Shown here: positions 29,140-39,061 of the stretch, piece after piece | Layout of the letters: every line of letters starts with the position of its first letter | Numbering within the stretch: position 1 is the stretch's first letter | Origin: a virus | Reading direction: 5' to 3' (one strand) | IMG/VR virus record: IMGVR_UViG_3300044736_000016 | Location: 32,001 to 96,000 of that record | Length of the DNA: 64,000 bases | The notes under the pieces: model-generated | Database searches by the model: none | The model's input: only the letters and a program-made list of their open reading frames with translations | Told to the model about the DNA's origin: nothing | Position numbers and translations under genes: made by a program

Positions 29140-29472
29140 CTACGGGGCTGCGGCGTCCACGGCTGCGACGGCCTTCGCCAGCAGCTCACGAGTGTGCGTC
29201 CCGGCAGGCGTGCCGTAGGTGAGATCGGCGCGGGCGGCGAGCAGGACCGCCTCTAGGAGTGCCATCCGTTCTGCATCTGGCCATGGTCGGACGTACTCAG
29301 CGAGTCGGTCGTCGTCTAGCCATGCCCACTCAGCAACGAGGTTGATGTCGATCTCATGGTCGTGCATCCACGGCTCATCGATGCCCTTCTCCTCGGGCAG
29401 ACTATGGTCGATCGCCTTGCCGCTGTACGCCGCGCGCACCGCCACCGCATCCCCATCCTTGTACTCGCTCAT
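29140..29472 (-). CDS. Hypothetical protein
   Basis: ATGA-coupled ORF. Confidence 0.55.
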   Translation of the reverse strand: MSEYKDGDAVAVRAAYSGKAIDHSLPEEKGIDEPWMHDHEIDINLVAEWAWLDDDRLAEYVRPWPDAERMALLEAVLLAARADLTYGTPAGTHTRELLAKAVAAVDAAAP

Positions 29473-29669
29473 GGCTGGGGATGGTAGCGCGGATCGATCT
29501 CAGCCTTGCGTCGCCGTAGGTCCATGATTCCGCATGCCTTGGAGCAGAACAGAGCGTCAGAGCGCTTCGGCAGGAACCACACTCCGCAGCGAGGGTTGTG
29601 GCACTGCGTGAGGCCGTCTGGTAGGGCTCGGACGGTGACGCGAGGCCCAGTCTTGCGTGCCGCGGTCAC
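29469..29669 (-). CDS. Small zinc-finger protein (CGNR-like)
   Basis: CHNPRC..FCSKAC. Confidence 0.65.
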   Translation of the reverse strand: MTAARKTGPRVTVRALPDGLTQCHNPRCGVWFLPKRSDALFCSKACGIMDLRRRKAEIDPRYHPQP

Positions 29670-30589
29670 CGGGTGGGCGCAGTGTGCAGGCGGTAGTCGT
29701 GCTCTACACGGCCGATCTGTGCGTCGCCACGGGCATGCTGCGGTACCCAGAACTTGCCCTCGTGCCGCCCGAACAGGAGGCCACGCCCGTACTTGGGACC
29801 GTAGTGGTGGAAGGAGCCTCGGACGCTGGTGAGTGGTACGCCCCCGCCTTGGCCACCTACACCTCCGCGAGTTGATCGGCCAACGGGGAACACGTTGAGC
29901 GTCTTCACGGTCACACCCATAGCGGCCAGTCGTCGCCGCTCAGGGCGAGGACGCTGGGGCTCTACAAGTTCTACATTGCGGCACGCGAGGAAGTTGAACG
30001 TTCCGAGCAGAACGAGAAGCGCCTCGTCCCATGCGTAGTCGTGGTCGTGGATGATGTCGATAGAGCGGATGTCCGCTGGGCTGCCGTCCTCATAAATATC
30101 GATCTGCCATGAGTGCAGCGGTCCTACAGTCGTGGCCAAGCCGCCCTGGCCCCTACCCCCGACCCACATGAAGGCTAAGACGCGCCAAAACACATCGTCT
30201 TCCCTGACGACGTGGACCGGCTGGTTGTGGGGGATCGGCTTTCCAATATCATCCCAGGAATTCCCCAGCAGTTCGTCACGTTGAGTAGAGACGAGGTGGA
30301 GGACGAATACCGTGCCATATTCGTTGACAAAGCACACGGCTGCCTCGCGCCAGGGTTGAGCGATGCACGGGTGGTCCTCGTAGACAGCCACTGGGCGAGC
30401 AGATGTTTTGAGCGATTCGTAGATCGCCGTAGCGTCGACCACGACTGGATCTTCAACTAGCTCAAGCGCTCGCTCCGTCACTTTGGCTCCTGCGGCCTGC
30501 TGCGGCGTGCTCGCTGTGGCCGGGCAGGGGTTGCCTGCGCGGTGCCTGCGGAGATCGCTTATGACCTTAGCGATGGGCTCTGCGGTCAT
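29666..30589 (-). CDS. Conserved phage protein with a C-terminal VRG(H/S)F..Y..W.P.H.RG motif
   Basis: SVRGSFHHYG..GLLFG..FWVPQHARG; start MTAEPIA at 30589. Confidence 0.7.
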   Translation of the reverse strand: MTAEPIAKVISDLRRHRAGNPCPATASTPQQAAGAKVTERALELVEDPVVVDATAIYESLKTSARPVAVYEDHPCIAQPWREAAVCFVNEYGTVFVLHLVSTQRDELLGNSWDDIGKPIPHNQPVHVVREDDVFWRVLAFMWVGGRGQGGLATTVGPLHSWQIDIYEDGSPADIRSIDIIHDHDYAWDEALLVLLGTFNFLACRNVELVEPQRPRPERRRLAAMGVTVKTLNVFPVGRSTRGGVGGQGGGVPLTSVRGSFHHYGPKYGRGLLFGRHEGKFWVPQHARGDAQIGRVEHDYRLHTAPTR

Positions 30590-30609
30590 CGGACAGTACT
30601 CATGCGAGC

Positions 30610-30639
30610 ATGATACCGAAACCGAGTTGAGATCGGCAA
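30610..30639 (-). promoter_or_regulatory. Sigma70-type promoter of the antisense block
   Basis: TTGCCG-N18-TATCAT, 6 nt before ATG 30603. Confidence 0.6.
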
Positions 30640-30690
30640 CATGGCTCGGCATGGTAGCGCCAGCCTCGGCCTGACGCAGCGGGTAGGCGC

Positions 30691-30717
30691 GGGCAAACCC
30701 ACAGGCACGGCGATCCT
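30691..30717 (+). promoter_or_regulatory. Putative late promoter motif
   Basis: GGGCAA-N15-GATCCT, 6 nt before GTG 30724; the same spacing recurs at 39809-39835. Confidence 0.5.
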
Positions 30718-30723
30718 GCGCCC

Positions 30724-32430
30724 GTGGCGACCGATACCAAGACCACCGAGTCCGACGCCCAAGCTGTCGAACATTCGCATCCCAAGGCGGGCGGCGGGAA
30801 GTACACACACTCCCACGCCATCACGGGCACGAAGGCCCACGGGCACGCCGTAGACGCGAAGGACAACGGCTCCACGACCGAACTCCTGCCCACGGTCGCT
30901 GCGATGAGCGAGACCTCGCCCGGGGTGATGGCACTGCGGTTCCCCCAGCAGGCAAGGCTCTCTGAGGGGGCGCCGATCGACTACCTGTGCACTGGGGAGT
31001 GGACGTTCCCCGAGTTGAACCGCGGCAATCCGATCTGTGTGACCCGCGACGATCTCACCGATGTCAAGCGGCTGTGGGACGAGAACGCCTACGGGCAGAA
31101 CCTGCCGATCATCGATGAGAACCACGATCCGAACCGCGCAGTGGGGTGGATCAAGCGCCTCGACTGGCATCCCTCTGACCCCGACAGGCTGGTGGCGGTC
31201 CCTGACTGGAACGAGGGATGCGACAAACTCGTCGCTTCTGGCGCGTACGGGTACACATCACCGCTTCTGCTCCTGAACTGGCGCGACCCAGTGTCCGGCA
31301 CGGTGTATCCCGTCGTCCCCGGCGGCCTCGGCCTGGATCCCAACGACCCCGAGGGCGATACGTCCGGGCTGGCCTTGGCGAACCACCCGAAAATCAAGAA
31401 GCTCAGTGCCAAGTTTGCGGCATCCGAGAGCGGTGATACGCAGGCTGCGCTGATTGCGTTCGGCGAGGCAGGCACGGTGTTCAGCGGCGTTGCGGCAGAC
31501 ACTGCCCGCGCACTGCTGGCTGAGGGTGACGGCGCACCGATCGACTTCGCTGCGGCCGACACCTCTGCGGACATGACCGATCTGCCGCCGTGCAGTTGGG
31601 CGCCGCCCTATGCGGAGTACAACCGCTGTCCGGGCTATACGCGGGTGCTCGCAGATGGTGACGGCGATGCTCCAGGCGATCTGCCCGGATGCTGCCGTCT
31701 GGCGGCGCAGTGCAATGGCTACTCCCCGGTCCCAAACGGGACTGTTCCACCGTATCAGCGCTCCTACTACAGCGAGGGACACAGCATGGCCGACAACCCG
31801 GCCCAGCCGGCCGGAGTGCCGGCCGCCAATCCGTCTCCGGTACCCAACGCGCCGCAGACCGCCCCGCCCGCGGCCCCGCAGCCACCGCCAGCACCACCGC
31901 CCCCTGCTCCCACCCCTGCCGCGCAGCACTCCGCGGACATGGGAGAGATGCAGCGCATGCTCGCTGCGGAGACCCACCAGCGCGAGACGATGCAGACCGA
32001 GGTCGCACGGCTCGGCGAGGAGCTGAGGCGGCGCGATGAGGACGACAAGATCCGCAGTGTGACGGTTCGGCTGTCAGAGCTCGCGAAGCGTTTTCCCCCC
32101 GCCGTCCTGGACAGTCTCGCCGGAGCCGCAAAGAACGGCGTGCGCGACCGCACCCGCCTGCTCAGGCTGAGCGAGCATCCGGTAGGGATCGAAGCGCTCG
32201 AGGCCATCCCGCAGGTGAAGGGTGGCGCGGTGTCGCTGAGCGAGATCGGCACTGGCGCAGAGGCTGACCCGGAGACCTCCTACTCGCGGCTGCGGAAGTT
32301 CGCCGAGGAGCTGCGCGCGGCAGACCCGAAGCTCACCCGCGAGCAGGCGATGCTCAAGGCGAGCGAGGACCACCCTGACCTCGTCGCTGCGTACCGCGCC
32401 GAGAAGTATGTGCCCGGCGCGGCTGGCTGA
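30724..32430 (+). CDS. Prohead protease (Mu gpI-like) with a C-terminal scaffold
   Basis: IDENH..AVGWIKRL..YGYTSP..LALANHP; Pro-rich linker and coiled coil. Confidence 0.85.
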   Translation: MATDTKTTESDAQAVEHSHPKAGGGKYTHSHAITGTKAHGHAVDAKDNGSTTELLPTVAAMSETSPGVMALRFPQQARLSEGAPIDYLCTGEWTFPELNRGNPICVTRDDLTDVKRLWDENAYGQNLPIIDENHDPNRAVGWIKRLDWHPSDPDRLVAVPDWNEGCDKLVASGAYGYTSPLLLLNWRDPVSGTVYPVVPGGLGLDPNDPEGDTSGLALANHPKIKKLSAKFAASESGDTQAALIAFGEAGTVFSGVAADTARALLAEGDGAPIDFAAADTSADMTDLPPCSWAPPYAEYNRCPGYTRVLADGDGDAPGDLPGCCRLAAQCNGYSPVPNGTVPPYQRSYYSEGHSMADNPAQPAGVPAANPSPVPNAPQTAPPAAPQPPPAPPPPAPTPAAQHSADMGEMQRMLAAETHQRETMQTEVARLGEELRRRDEDDKIRSVTVRLSELAKRFPPAVLDSLAGAAKNGVRDRTRLLRLSEHPVGIEALEAIPQVKGGAVSLSEIGTGAEADPETSYSRLRKFAEELRAADPKLTREQAMLKASEDHPDLVAAYRAEKYVPGAAG

Positions 32431-32441
32431 GGAGATAGGAC

Positions 32442-32810
32442 GTGGCTTACGAGTTGCAAGGCGCAGGGGGGATCATGTCCCTCCTCGCTCTCGCGGACAT
32501 GACTGGGTCGCAGTACCTCGCCGTTGCGGGCGACGTGGCTAGCGGACAGGTGGTGGTGAATACCTCCGCAGGAACGCGCAGTCTCGGCGTGTTGCAGAAC
32601 AACCCCCGCCTCGGACAGCCGTGTGCGATCTGGCGGGGGTCGAGCATCACGAAGTGGGTCGCGGGAGCCACCATCGCACAGTTCGCTGTGGTGACGACCG
32701 ACACCGCAGGAAAGGCCAAAACTGCTACTGGCGGTGACATCGTCCATGGGGTAGCGCTGGAAGCCGGGGTCACAGGCGCCCTTGTGACCGTGGCGCTGGG
32801 AGGCATCTGA
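32442..32810 (+). CDS. Capsid cement/decoration protein (DUF2190-like)
   Basis: GVLQN.P, TDTAGKA, GVALEA; lies between protease and capsid. Confidence 0.8.
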   Translation: MAYELQGAGGIMSLLALADMTGSQYLAVAGDVASGQVVVNTSAGTRSLGVLQNNPRLGQPCAIWRGSSITKWVAGATIAQFAVVTTDTAGKAKTATGGDIVHGVALEAGVTGALVTVALGGI

Positions 32811-32811
32811 C

Positions 32812-33804
32812 ATGCAGCCGAGCCCGAACAGCGTCTACGTCGACCCGCTGCTGAGCGACATGGCCGTTGCGTTCATGCAGGACGCGACATCATTCATCAG
32901 CGATCAGGTCTTCCCGACCGTCCCAGTACAGTACCAGACGGGCAAGTACGACTACTACGACCGCGGCGCGTGGTACAGCATCCGTGCCAAGCCGCGCGCT
33001 CCCGGAGAGGAATCGGCGGGCGGTGGGTACACCCTGCAGCAGAAGACCTACGCGGTCATCCCCTACGCGGTGCACTCCGACCTCGACGCGCAGACTGCGG
33101 CAAACGCCATGCCGCCCGAGGATCCGCGACGGAACAAGACCCGCTGGTGCACCATGCAGTTGCTCCTGCTCAAGGAGAAGCTCTGGGCCGACGGGTTTTT
33201 CAAGGCTGGCGTGTGGACCACCGACATGACCGGCGTGACCGGAACGTCGCCTACCTCCGTGCAGTTCACGCAGTGGAGCAACCACACGTCCAGCACTCCG
33301 ATCGAGGATGTCGAGGCTCAGGTCACGGCCATGGAGCAGTTGACGGGGTTCAGCCCGAACACCCTGGTCATCGGGCGGTCGACGTGGGCGGGGCTTAAGA
33401 ACCACCCGCAGCTCGTCGATAGGATCAAGTACACGCAGCGCGGCATCATGACCGAGGATCTGCTCGCCGCGGTCCTAGGACTGGACAAGGTTCTCGTCTC
33501 ACGGGCGACCATCGACACCGCTCCCGAGAGCGGCGCGTCGCCGCCCACGGGTGACGTGTACTCGTTTTTGATGGGCAAGGGTGCGCTGCTCTGCTACTCC
33601 GCACCCTCGCCGTCCACCGAGATGCCGAGCGCTGGCTACCACTTTACCTGGACCGGGTATTTGGGTGCGAGTGCGAACGGCAGCGTGGTGTACGAGATCC
33701 CCGCGCCGCTCCGCAAGTCCGTTCGCATCGAGGGCGAGCTGGCCACGTCGCCGACCATCGTGGCCCCCGACCTCGGTACCTTCTTCGCCTCTGCGGTCGC
33801 GTAA
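32812..33804 (+). CDS. Major capsid protein
   Basis: VDPLLSDMAVAF..FISDQVFPTVPV, PNTLVIG, LKNHPQLVDRIKYT. Confidence 0.9.
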   Translation: MQPSPNSVYVDPLLSDMAVAFMQDATSFISDQVFPTVPVQYQTGKYDYYDRGAWYSIRAKPRAPGEESAGGGYTLQQKTYAVIPYAVHSDLDAQTAANAMPPEDPRRNKTRWCTMQLLLLKEKLWADGFFKAGVWTTDMTGVTGTSPTSVQFTQWSNHTSSTPIEDVEAQVTAMEQLTGFSPNTLVIGRSTWAGLKNHPQLVDRIKYTQRGIMTEDLLAAVLGLDKVLVSRATIDTAPESGASPPTGDVYSFLMGKGALLCYSAPSPSTEMPSAGYHFTWTGYLGASANGSVVYEIPAPLRKSVRIEGELATSPTIVAPDLGTFFASAVA

Positions 33805-34061
33805 CAGTGCAGTACATCGTTAAGCGGCGCATCTCTGGGCTGTCTCACGCCGTGGGTGACGTGCTCAGCGATGCCGACGTCGGTGGGTGGAGCACATTGA
33901 AGTCGCTCGTCAACCTCGGCTGGCTGGAGGCGGTGCAGACCTGTCCGCGGTGTGCATGGCCGTCTTCCGAGGCACCACCTGATCCGCCTGCACACACACC
34001 GACGCCCCGCAAGATTCCGGCGAAACTGGACATCGACCTCAGCCCGGTCGGGAGGCGGTAG

Positions 34062-34235
34062 ATGGCCGCAGGGTTGCAGATCACCGTAGGGCCGTCGGTC
34101 GTCAAGGTGACGGTCGACAGCGTCAAGTACACGCTGTCTGCTGGTTCCCCTGGGTACGTGCCACTCGAGCACCGCCAAGGTGCGGTCGACGCCGCTGCGG
34201 TCAAGGGAATCACGCTGACGGCAGCCGTGATCTGA
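34062..34235 (+). CDS. Small hypothetical protein (57 aa, below the ORF-track cutoff)
   Basis: GGAGG RBS; MAAGLQITVGPSVVKV... Confidence 0.6.
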   Translation: MAAGLQITVGPSVVKVTVDSVKYTLSAGSPGYVPLEHRQGAVDAAAVKGITLTAAVI

Positions 34236-34382
34236 TGGCCATGTGATGTGCAGCCTCACCATCACCGCTGTGGCCGTCACCGTCTGCGTCGTGCTGGCGG
34301 TGTTCCGCGGTCCACGCTGGCTTCTCGTCGGAGCCGTCGTCGGAGTAGGCGGCTACACGATCAGCAGGAGAACCCGCGTTCC

Positions 34383-34538
34383 GTGATCCCGCTCCTCCTC
34401 GTTCTGCTGCTCATCGTCGTGCTGTTCGGCGCGGGGTCGTTGTTGAACCTGCTGTACTGGGTGGCGATCATCGCGCTTGCGGTGTGGCTGGTCGGCTTCG
34501 CCATGCACGGCCCTGATGGTCGGTGGTACCGCTGGTGA
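34383..34538 (+). CDS. Small hydrophobic membrane protein (actinobacterial type ending RWYRW)
   Basis: IPLLLVLLLIVVLFGAG..GRWYRW; AGGAG RBS. Confidence 0.7.
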   Translation: MIPLLLVLLLIVVLFGAGSLLNLLYWVAIIALAVWLVGFAMHGPDGRWYRW

Positions 34539-34737
34539 ACGCAACCGCACACTTCTGCAAGCGTTGCAACGTTGTGCACTTCGCGGCGCAGTGCCCACGG
34601 GATCTGTGGGATGCCGACGAGGCTGAGCGTAGAGACGTCGCCGTCGCTCGCTCCACCTTCTCGCGGTGGGCGTCGGGATACGTCGCCAGTCTGTCCGGTC
34701 TCAGGGACGCAGGCGTGAAATTGGGGAAGGAACAGCC

Positions 34738-35148
34738 GTGAACGTCGAAGTCGGCAAGAAGCTGCGCCTGCGGGAGCACGTCGGATACATGCCAGAGATC
34801 AACCCGCACCACGACTATGAGAAGTATCTCGACCGGCACTATCCGCTGTTCGCCGGGCAAGAGGCCGAGGTGGTGGGACTGAGCCCCGCAGGCGAGCATG
34901 GCGCCGGGCCGCACGACCAGGACACCGTGGTGCTGCGTTTGGAGCACCGGCAACTCGTCGTGACACCGCCAACTCCGGCCGCAACTGCGCACGCAGCCGG
35001 ACCGCCCGGACCGCTGCCCGAGGAGCATCAGGTGTTCCACCCGACCGACCCTGACCATGAGCCCACAGATCCGCCGACGGTGCGTCACTGGTCGTGCACG
35101 CTGGAGCAGCTTGACGAACTGTTCGAGCCCATCGACGGGGAGGGCTAG
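34738..35148 (+). CDS. Hypothetical virion-region protein
   Basis: GTGA-coupled ORF. Confidence 0.6.
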   Translation: MNVEVGKKLRLREHVGYMPEINPHHDYEKYLDRHYPLFAGQEAEVVGLSPAGEHGAGPHDQDTVVLRLEHRQLVVTPPTPAATAHAAGPPGPLPEEHQVFHPTDPDHEPTDPPTVRHWSCTLEQLDELFEPIDGEG

Positions 35149-35151
35149 GTC

Positions 35152-35832
35152 ATCGCTGGGGAATTTTCGCGCAACTCTAACTACCGCGGGCTCAATACTG
35201 CGCTGAGCATCGGCGGACCGTCTGGCGCCAACCTTGGCGATATCGTGGCGACCGTCACCACTGGCATCACCGCCGGCACGACAGCCACCACGTCGATCGT
35301 CTGCTCGGGCGGTCTGTCACGCGCGCTCCCATCCGGTACGGTCATCATCTGCACGTCAACCACCGGCACGAACACCGAGGCGTACATACTCAACGGCGCG
35401 CATGCCGCCGCGGTGACCACGCTGACCGTCACCTCGCAGACCGCCAACCGTGCACGCGTGAGCGGCGATCTGGTGTGGGTCTTGCAGGTGCCGCAGCCAT
35501 ACCTAGCGCTCATCACCAACGCTACGGCGCCGCTGGACAACGTGCTCGGCTCCGAGTACACCGCGACCGGCTATGCACGCCAGCCGGTGACGTGGACGGC
35601 TCCGACCGCCGCCGACCCACCTGTGACCACGAACTCTGCGCTGATTACGTGGGGACCGATGACTGCAGGAACCGGCGCGGTGCTTGCCAGTCTCTCGCTG
35701 ATGGAACTGCTCTCCGCGGGGACGGCAGCAAACCAGATGGCATGGTGGACGTTGGCCGCTACAAAAACACCTGGCACGGGAGACAGCGTGACCTCGGCGG
35801 CCACGACTGGCATTACGATGTCGCTCCTGTAG
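35152..35832 (+). CDS. Virion structural protein (YLAL..GYARQ family); apparent ATC start
   Basis: YLALIT..EYTATGYARQPVTW..NSALITWG; the frame is open upstream to ATC 35152, 7 nt after GGGGAGGG. Confidence 0.7.
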   Translation: MAGEFSRNSNYRGLNTALSIGGPSGANLGDIVATVTTGITAGTTATTSIVCSGGLSRALPSGTVIICTSTTGTNTEAYILNGAHAAAVTTLTVTSQTANRARVSGDLVWVLQVPQPYLALITNATAPLDNVLGSEYTATGYARQPVTWTAPTAADPPVTTNSALITWGPMTAGTGAVLASLSLMELLSAGTAANQMAWWTLAATKTPGTGDSVTSAATTGITMSLL

Positions 35833-36081
35833 TGGCTAGACGTGGCGAGAACATGCGGACGGTTGCCATGGACGTGATCGACGACGACGAGGCGGTGCAG
35901 ACGATTATCGCGCTCGCAGACATGCTGAACGAAGGCTCGCATGTCGTCCTGCTGAGACGGCCCGACCTCCCTGCCGACGTGTGGAACGCCGTATCTCCGG
36001 TGCTCATGGCGAGGGCGAGTGCGGCGCTGCATGGCGCTCCGGTTGAGGCGCCTGCTCCCGAGTAACCCGGAGGGCTGACCC

Positions 36082-39039
36082 GTGGCGGCCCCAGTCCTCG
36101 TTCAGCACGTCGGCGGCACGGCGGTCAGCGGCACGTCGGCGATCTACACGGTCTCGGCCACGGGTGCTGCCGCCGGCACGGGGCTCGCCATCGTCATCGG
36201 CTGGCGCATCACCGCCGCCGCCAGCCAGACCATCACCTCGATCACGGACAACAAAGGCAACACGTGGGCGGTAGAGGACCGCGACAACGACGCGACGTCC
36301 ACGCAGAAGGCCGATATCTGGTCGGTCAACCCCAGCGCCTACATCAGCGGCGTCACGACCATCACGGTCAACTTCAGTATCGCTGCCAGCTCGAACTTCG
36401 ACTTCTACGAACTCTCCGGCGGCGACATGGGCGGCGCGTGGGCCGATACGGGCGGCGCCAACCACGCCAGTAGTACGGCACCCACGGTCACCTCTGGAAC
36501 GCTCGCGGGTGCTACGGAATACGCCGTCGCAGGCATCGCATGGGCGTCGAGCGCCAACACCATCTCAGGTCTCACCGCCGGCTGGACGACGGAGACGCTA
36601 CAGACCACGGCAGGCGCGCCGAACCAGCGACTCCAGTCCGCGCACCAGACCACGGCCGCCACCACAGCGCTGACCTACGCGGGAACGCTCTCGGCATCCA
36701 CGCGCTGGGCTGCCGTCGTCTGTCCGTTCAAAGGCAGTTCTGGCTCGGCGCTTCCCGTGACCGCAACTGGGTCGTCGGCCGCATCCGGTTCGGCAGCGGC
36801 GGTCCTCGTTATGCCGGTGGCGGGAACGGGAGTGTCCGCGAGTTCCGGGGCGGCAGCGCCCAATCTGCTGATGCCTGCGGCGGCGTCTGGCGCATCCGTG
36901 AGCAGCGGGAGCGCGGCGTCAGTCCTGACCATGCCCGTCAGCGCAAGCGGGTCAGCGACTTCTGCGGGGACCGCGACACCCACGGCCACCTACGTCGTCA
37001 CGGCTGCGGGCGCGTCGGCTGCGTCGGGGAGCGCGACTGCACGTCTCACGATGCCGGTGTCAGCAAGCGGCGCGTCGGTGGTGAGCGGCACGGCTGCGAT
37101 CACGTCCGGCCAGCCACCGGCCCAGGTGCAGAACGTCGTACGCGTCAGCACCGTCAACAACGAGACGACGACGGGCAGCATCAGCGTCACGTCGACCAAC
37201 GCCGGGAATCTGCTGCTCATCAGCGTGGTGTTCAACTCGCTCACCTCTGGCCAGAGCGTCACCGCGGTGTTCGACAACGCGGGCCAGACGTGGAACAACG
37301 TCGTTGACATCACGTCCGGCACGATGAGTTGCGGGATCTGGGCCGCGACGAACTGCCTCGCCGGGACGACGACCGTACAGGTCAACTACTCCGCGGGAGT
37401 CGCCGATATCGTCCGGTTTCAGGAGGTCTCGGGAGTACTGGCGAGTTCTCCGCTCGACGTGGTGGCCAGCAACAACGGGACGAGCACAACGCCGAACACC
37501 GGCACGACGACAACCACTGCGCAGGGGTCGGAGTGGGTCGCAGCGGTCTACGGGTTCACGTACACCGGCAGTATCCCATCGGAGAGCGGGTTCCCGTCAG
37601 GGTTCATCGAGGACACGGTCCAGCACACAGCGTTCGGGGCCGGGACGCAACTTGCAGAGCGTCACGGGTACGAAGCTGCGTCCGCAACCGGCACGTTCAA
37701 CTTCTCCTCCACGCTCAGCACGTCGTCGCCGTGGATCGGCAGCATCGCGACATTCAAGGGCGCGGCGGCTGGCGGGCCTCTACCTGTTACAGCGTCGGGG
37801 GCGTCCATCTCGAGCGGCGCGGCATCCGTCGTACTGACCCTGCCTGCGACGACAGTCGGCGCATCGTCTGCCGCAGGTACCGCTGCTGTCGGAGTGGTCG
37901 CAAGGATCTCCGCTGCGGGTTCGTCCACGGCCGCGGGATCGGCGAACGCAGCCATCGCCATGCCAGTCACGGGCGTCGGGTCCGCGAACGCGAGCGGTGT
38001 TGCGTCGGCAGTGCTGGTCATGCCTGCGTCCACGGTTGGCGCCTCCACGGCGAGCGGAACTGCGACAGCTGTGGCAACTCTCGCAGCAAGTACGTCTGGT
38101 GGTGCGGTTAGCGTCGGGTCCGCCATCGCGGCGATCTCCACGCCAGTCTCGGGCGTGGGCACCTCGGTAGCATCCGGGGCGGCAACGATCCGCCTGTCCA
38201 TGCTGGTGTCCGGTGTCGGGGCGTCATCAGCCAGCGGCAGCGCGTCCTTGGTCGTGCTCGAGGCGGTATCAGCGGGCGGGGCGTCTGCAACAGCAGGGTC
38301 GGCATCGGTCGTCTTGCTTATGCCTATCTCCGCGGCAGGGGCGAGCGCTGCGGCGGGGTCGGCGCTGGTGTCGTCGGGATCTATCTCTGCCGGTGGCGCG
38401 GCCGTATCGTCGGGCTCTGCAGTGGTGGCGCTGCGGCTCGTGCTGGCCGCGCCTGGAGCCTCTACGGCGGCTGGGAGCGCCACCGTCGCGATGCTCATGC
38501 CTGCGTCCGCTGTGGGGGCGTCCTCTGCTGTAGGGACGGTGTCTGCGGGCCTCGCGCTGCCGGTGGTCGTGCTCGGCTCGGCGTCCGCGGCCGGTGCGGC
38601 CAGCGTGGTCGTACTGCTGGCTGTCTCGGGGGCAGGCGCAGCGGTGTCTGGCGGCACGGCCGCGGCCGTTCTACTCCTGCCGGTGACCGGCATGGGTTCG
38701 GCGGTCGCATCTGGCACGGCCACGGCCCGCACCGTGCTGGTGGTCTCCGCTGGTGGTGCGGCGACAGCGTTCGGGGTGGCCTCGGTCGTGCTGCCGCTGC
38801 CCCTGTCGAGCGTGGGCGCCTCGCTGGCCACCGGCGCCGTCGCACTCGCCATCCTGCTGCCGCTGAGTGCCGCTGGTACGTCTCAGGCGTCCGGTTCCGC
38901 GGCCGTGCTCATCCTCATGTCGGCCAGCGGCGCGTCGGTCAGTGTAGGCTCGGCGACCGTGGTTCTCATCCTGCGCATCCCGTATCTGGTCGTCTACGGG
39001 ACGGCTAGGACACCTGTGGCGGTCGGATCAGCGTCCTAA
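36082..39039 (+). CDS. Large virion fibre-like protein: two beta-rich domains plus 20-aa A/G/S/T/V repeats
   Basis: Duplicated domain (ITDNKGNTW / VFDNAGQTW); repeats such as MPVSASGASVSSGSAASVLT. Confidence 0.8.
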   Translation: MAAPVLVQHVGGTAVSGTSAIYTVSATGAAAGTGLAIVIGWRITAAASQTITSITDNKGNTWAVEDRDNDATSTQKADIWSVNPSAYISGVTTITVNFSIAASSNFDFYELSGGDMGGAWADTGGANHASSTAPTVTSGTLAGATEYAVAGIAWASSANTISGLTAGWTTETLQTTAGAPNQRLQSAHQTTAATTALTYAGTLSASTRWAAVVCPFKGSSGSALPVTATGSSAASGSAAAVLVMPVAGTGVSASSGAAAPNLLMPAAASGASVSSGSAASVLTMPVSASGSATSAGTATPTATYVVTAAGASAASGSATARLTMPVSASGASVVSGTAAITSGQPPAQVQNVVRVSTVNNETTTGSISVTSTNAGNLLLISVVFNSLTSGQSVTAVFDNAGQTWNNVVDITSGTMSCGIWAATNCLAGTTTVQVNYSAGVADIVRFQEVSGVLASSPLDVVASNNGTSTTPNTGTTTTTAQGSEWVAAVYGFTYTGSIPSESGFPSGFIEDTVQHTAFGAGTQLAERHGYEAASATGTFNFSSTLSTSSPWIGSIATFKGAAAGGPLPVTASGASISSGAASVVLTLPATTVGASSAAGTAAVGVVARISAAGSSTAAGSANAAIAMPVTGVGSANASGVASAVLVMPASTVGASTASGTATAVATLAASTSGGAVSVGSAIAAISTPVSGVGTSVASGAATIRLSMLVSGVGASSASGSASLVVLEAVSAGGASATAGSASVVLLMPISAAGASAAAGSALVSSGSISAGGAAVSSGSAVVALRLVLAAPGASTAAGSATVAMLMPASAVGASSAVGTVSAGLALPVVVLGSASAAGAASVVVLLAVSGAGAAVSGGTAAAVLLLPVTGMGSAVASGTATARTVLVVSAGGAATAFGVASVVLPLPLSSVGASLATGAVALAILLPLSAAGTSQASGSAAVLILMSASGASVSVGSATVVLILRIPYLVVYGTARTPVAVGSAS

Positions 39040-39061
39040 GTATCCAGCTGGCGACTCGAGA

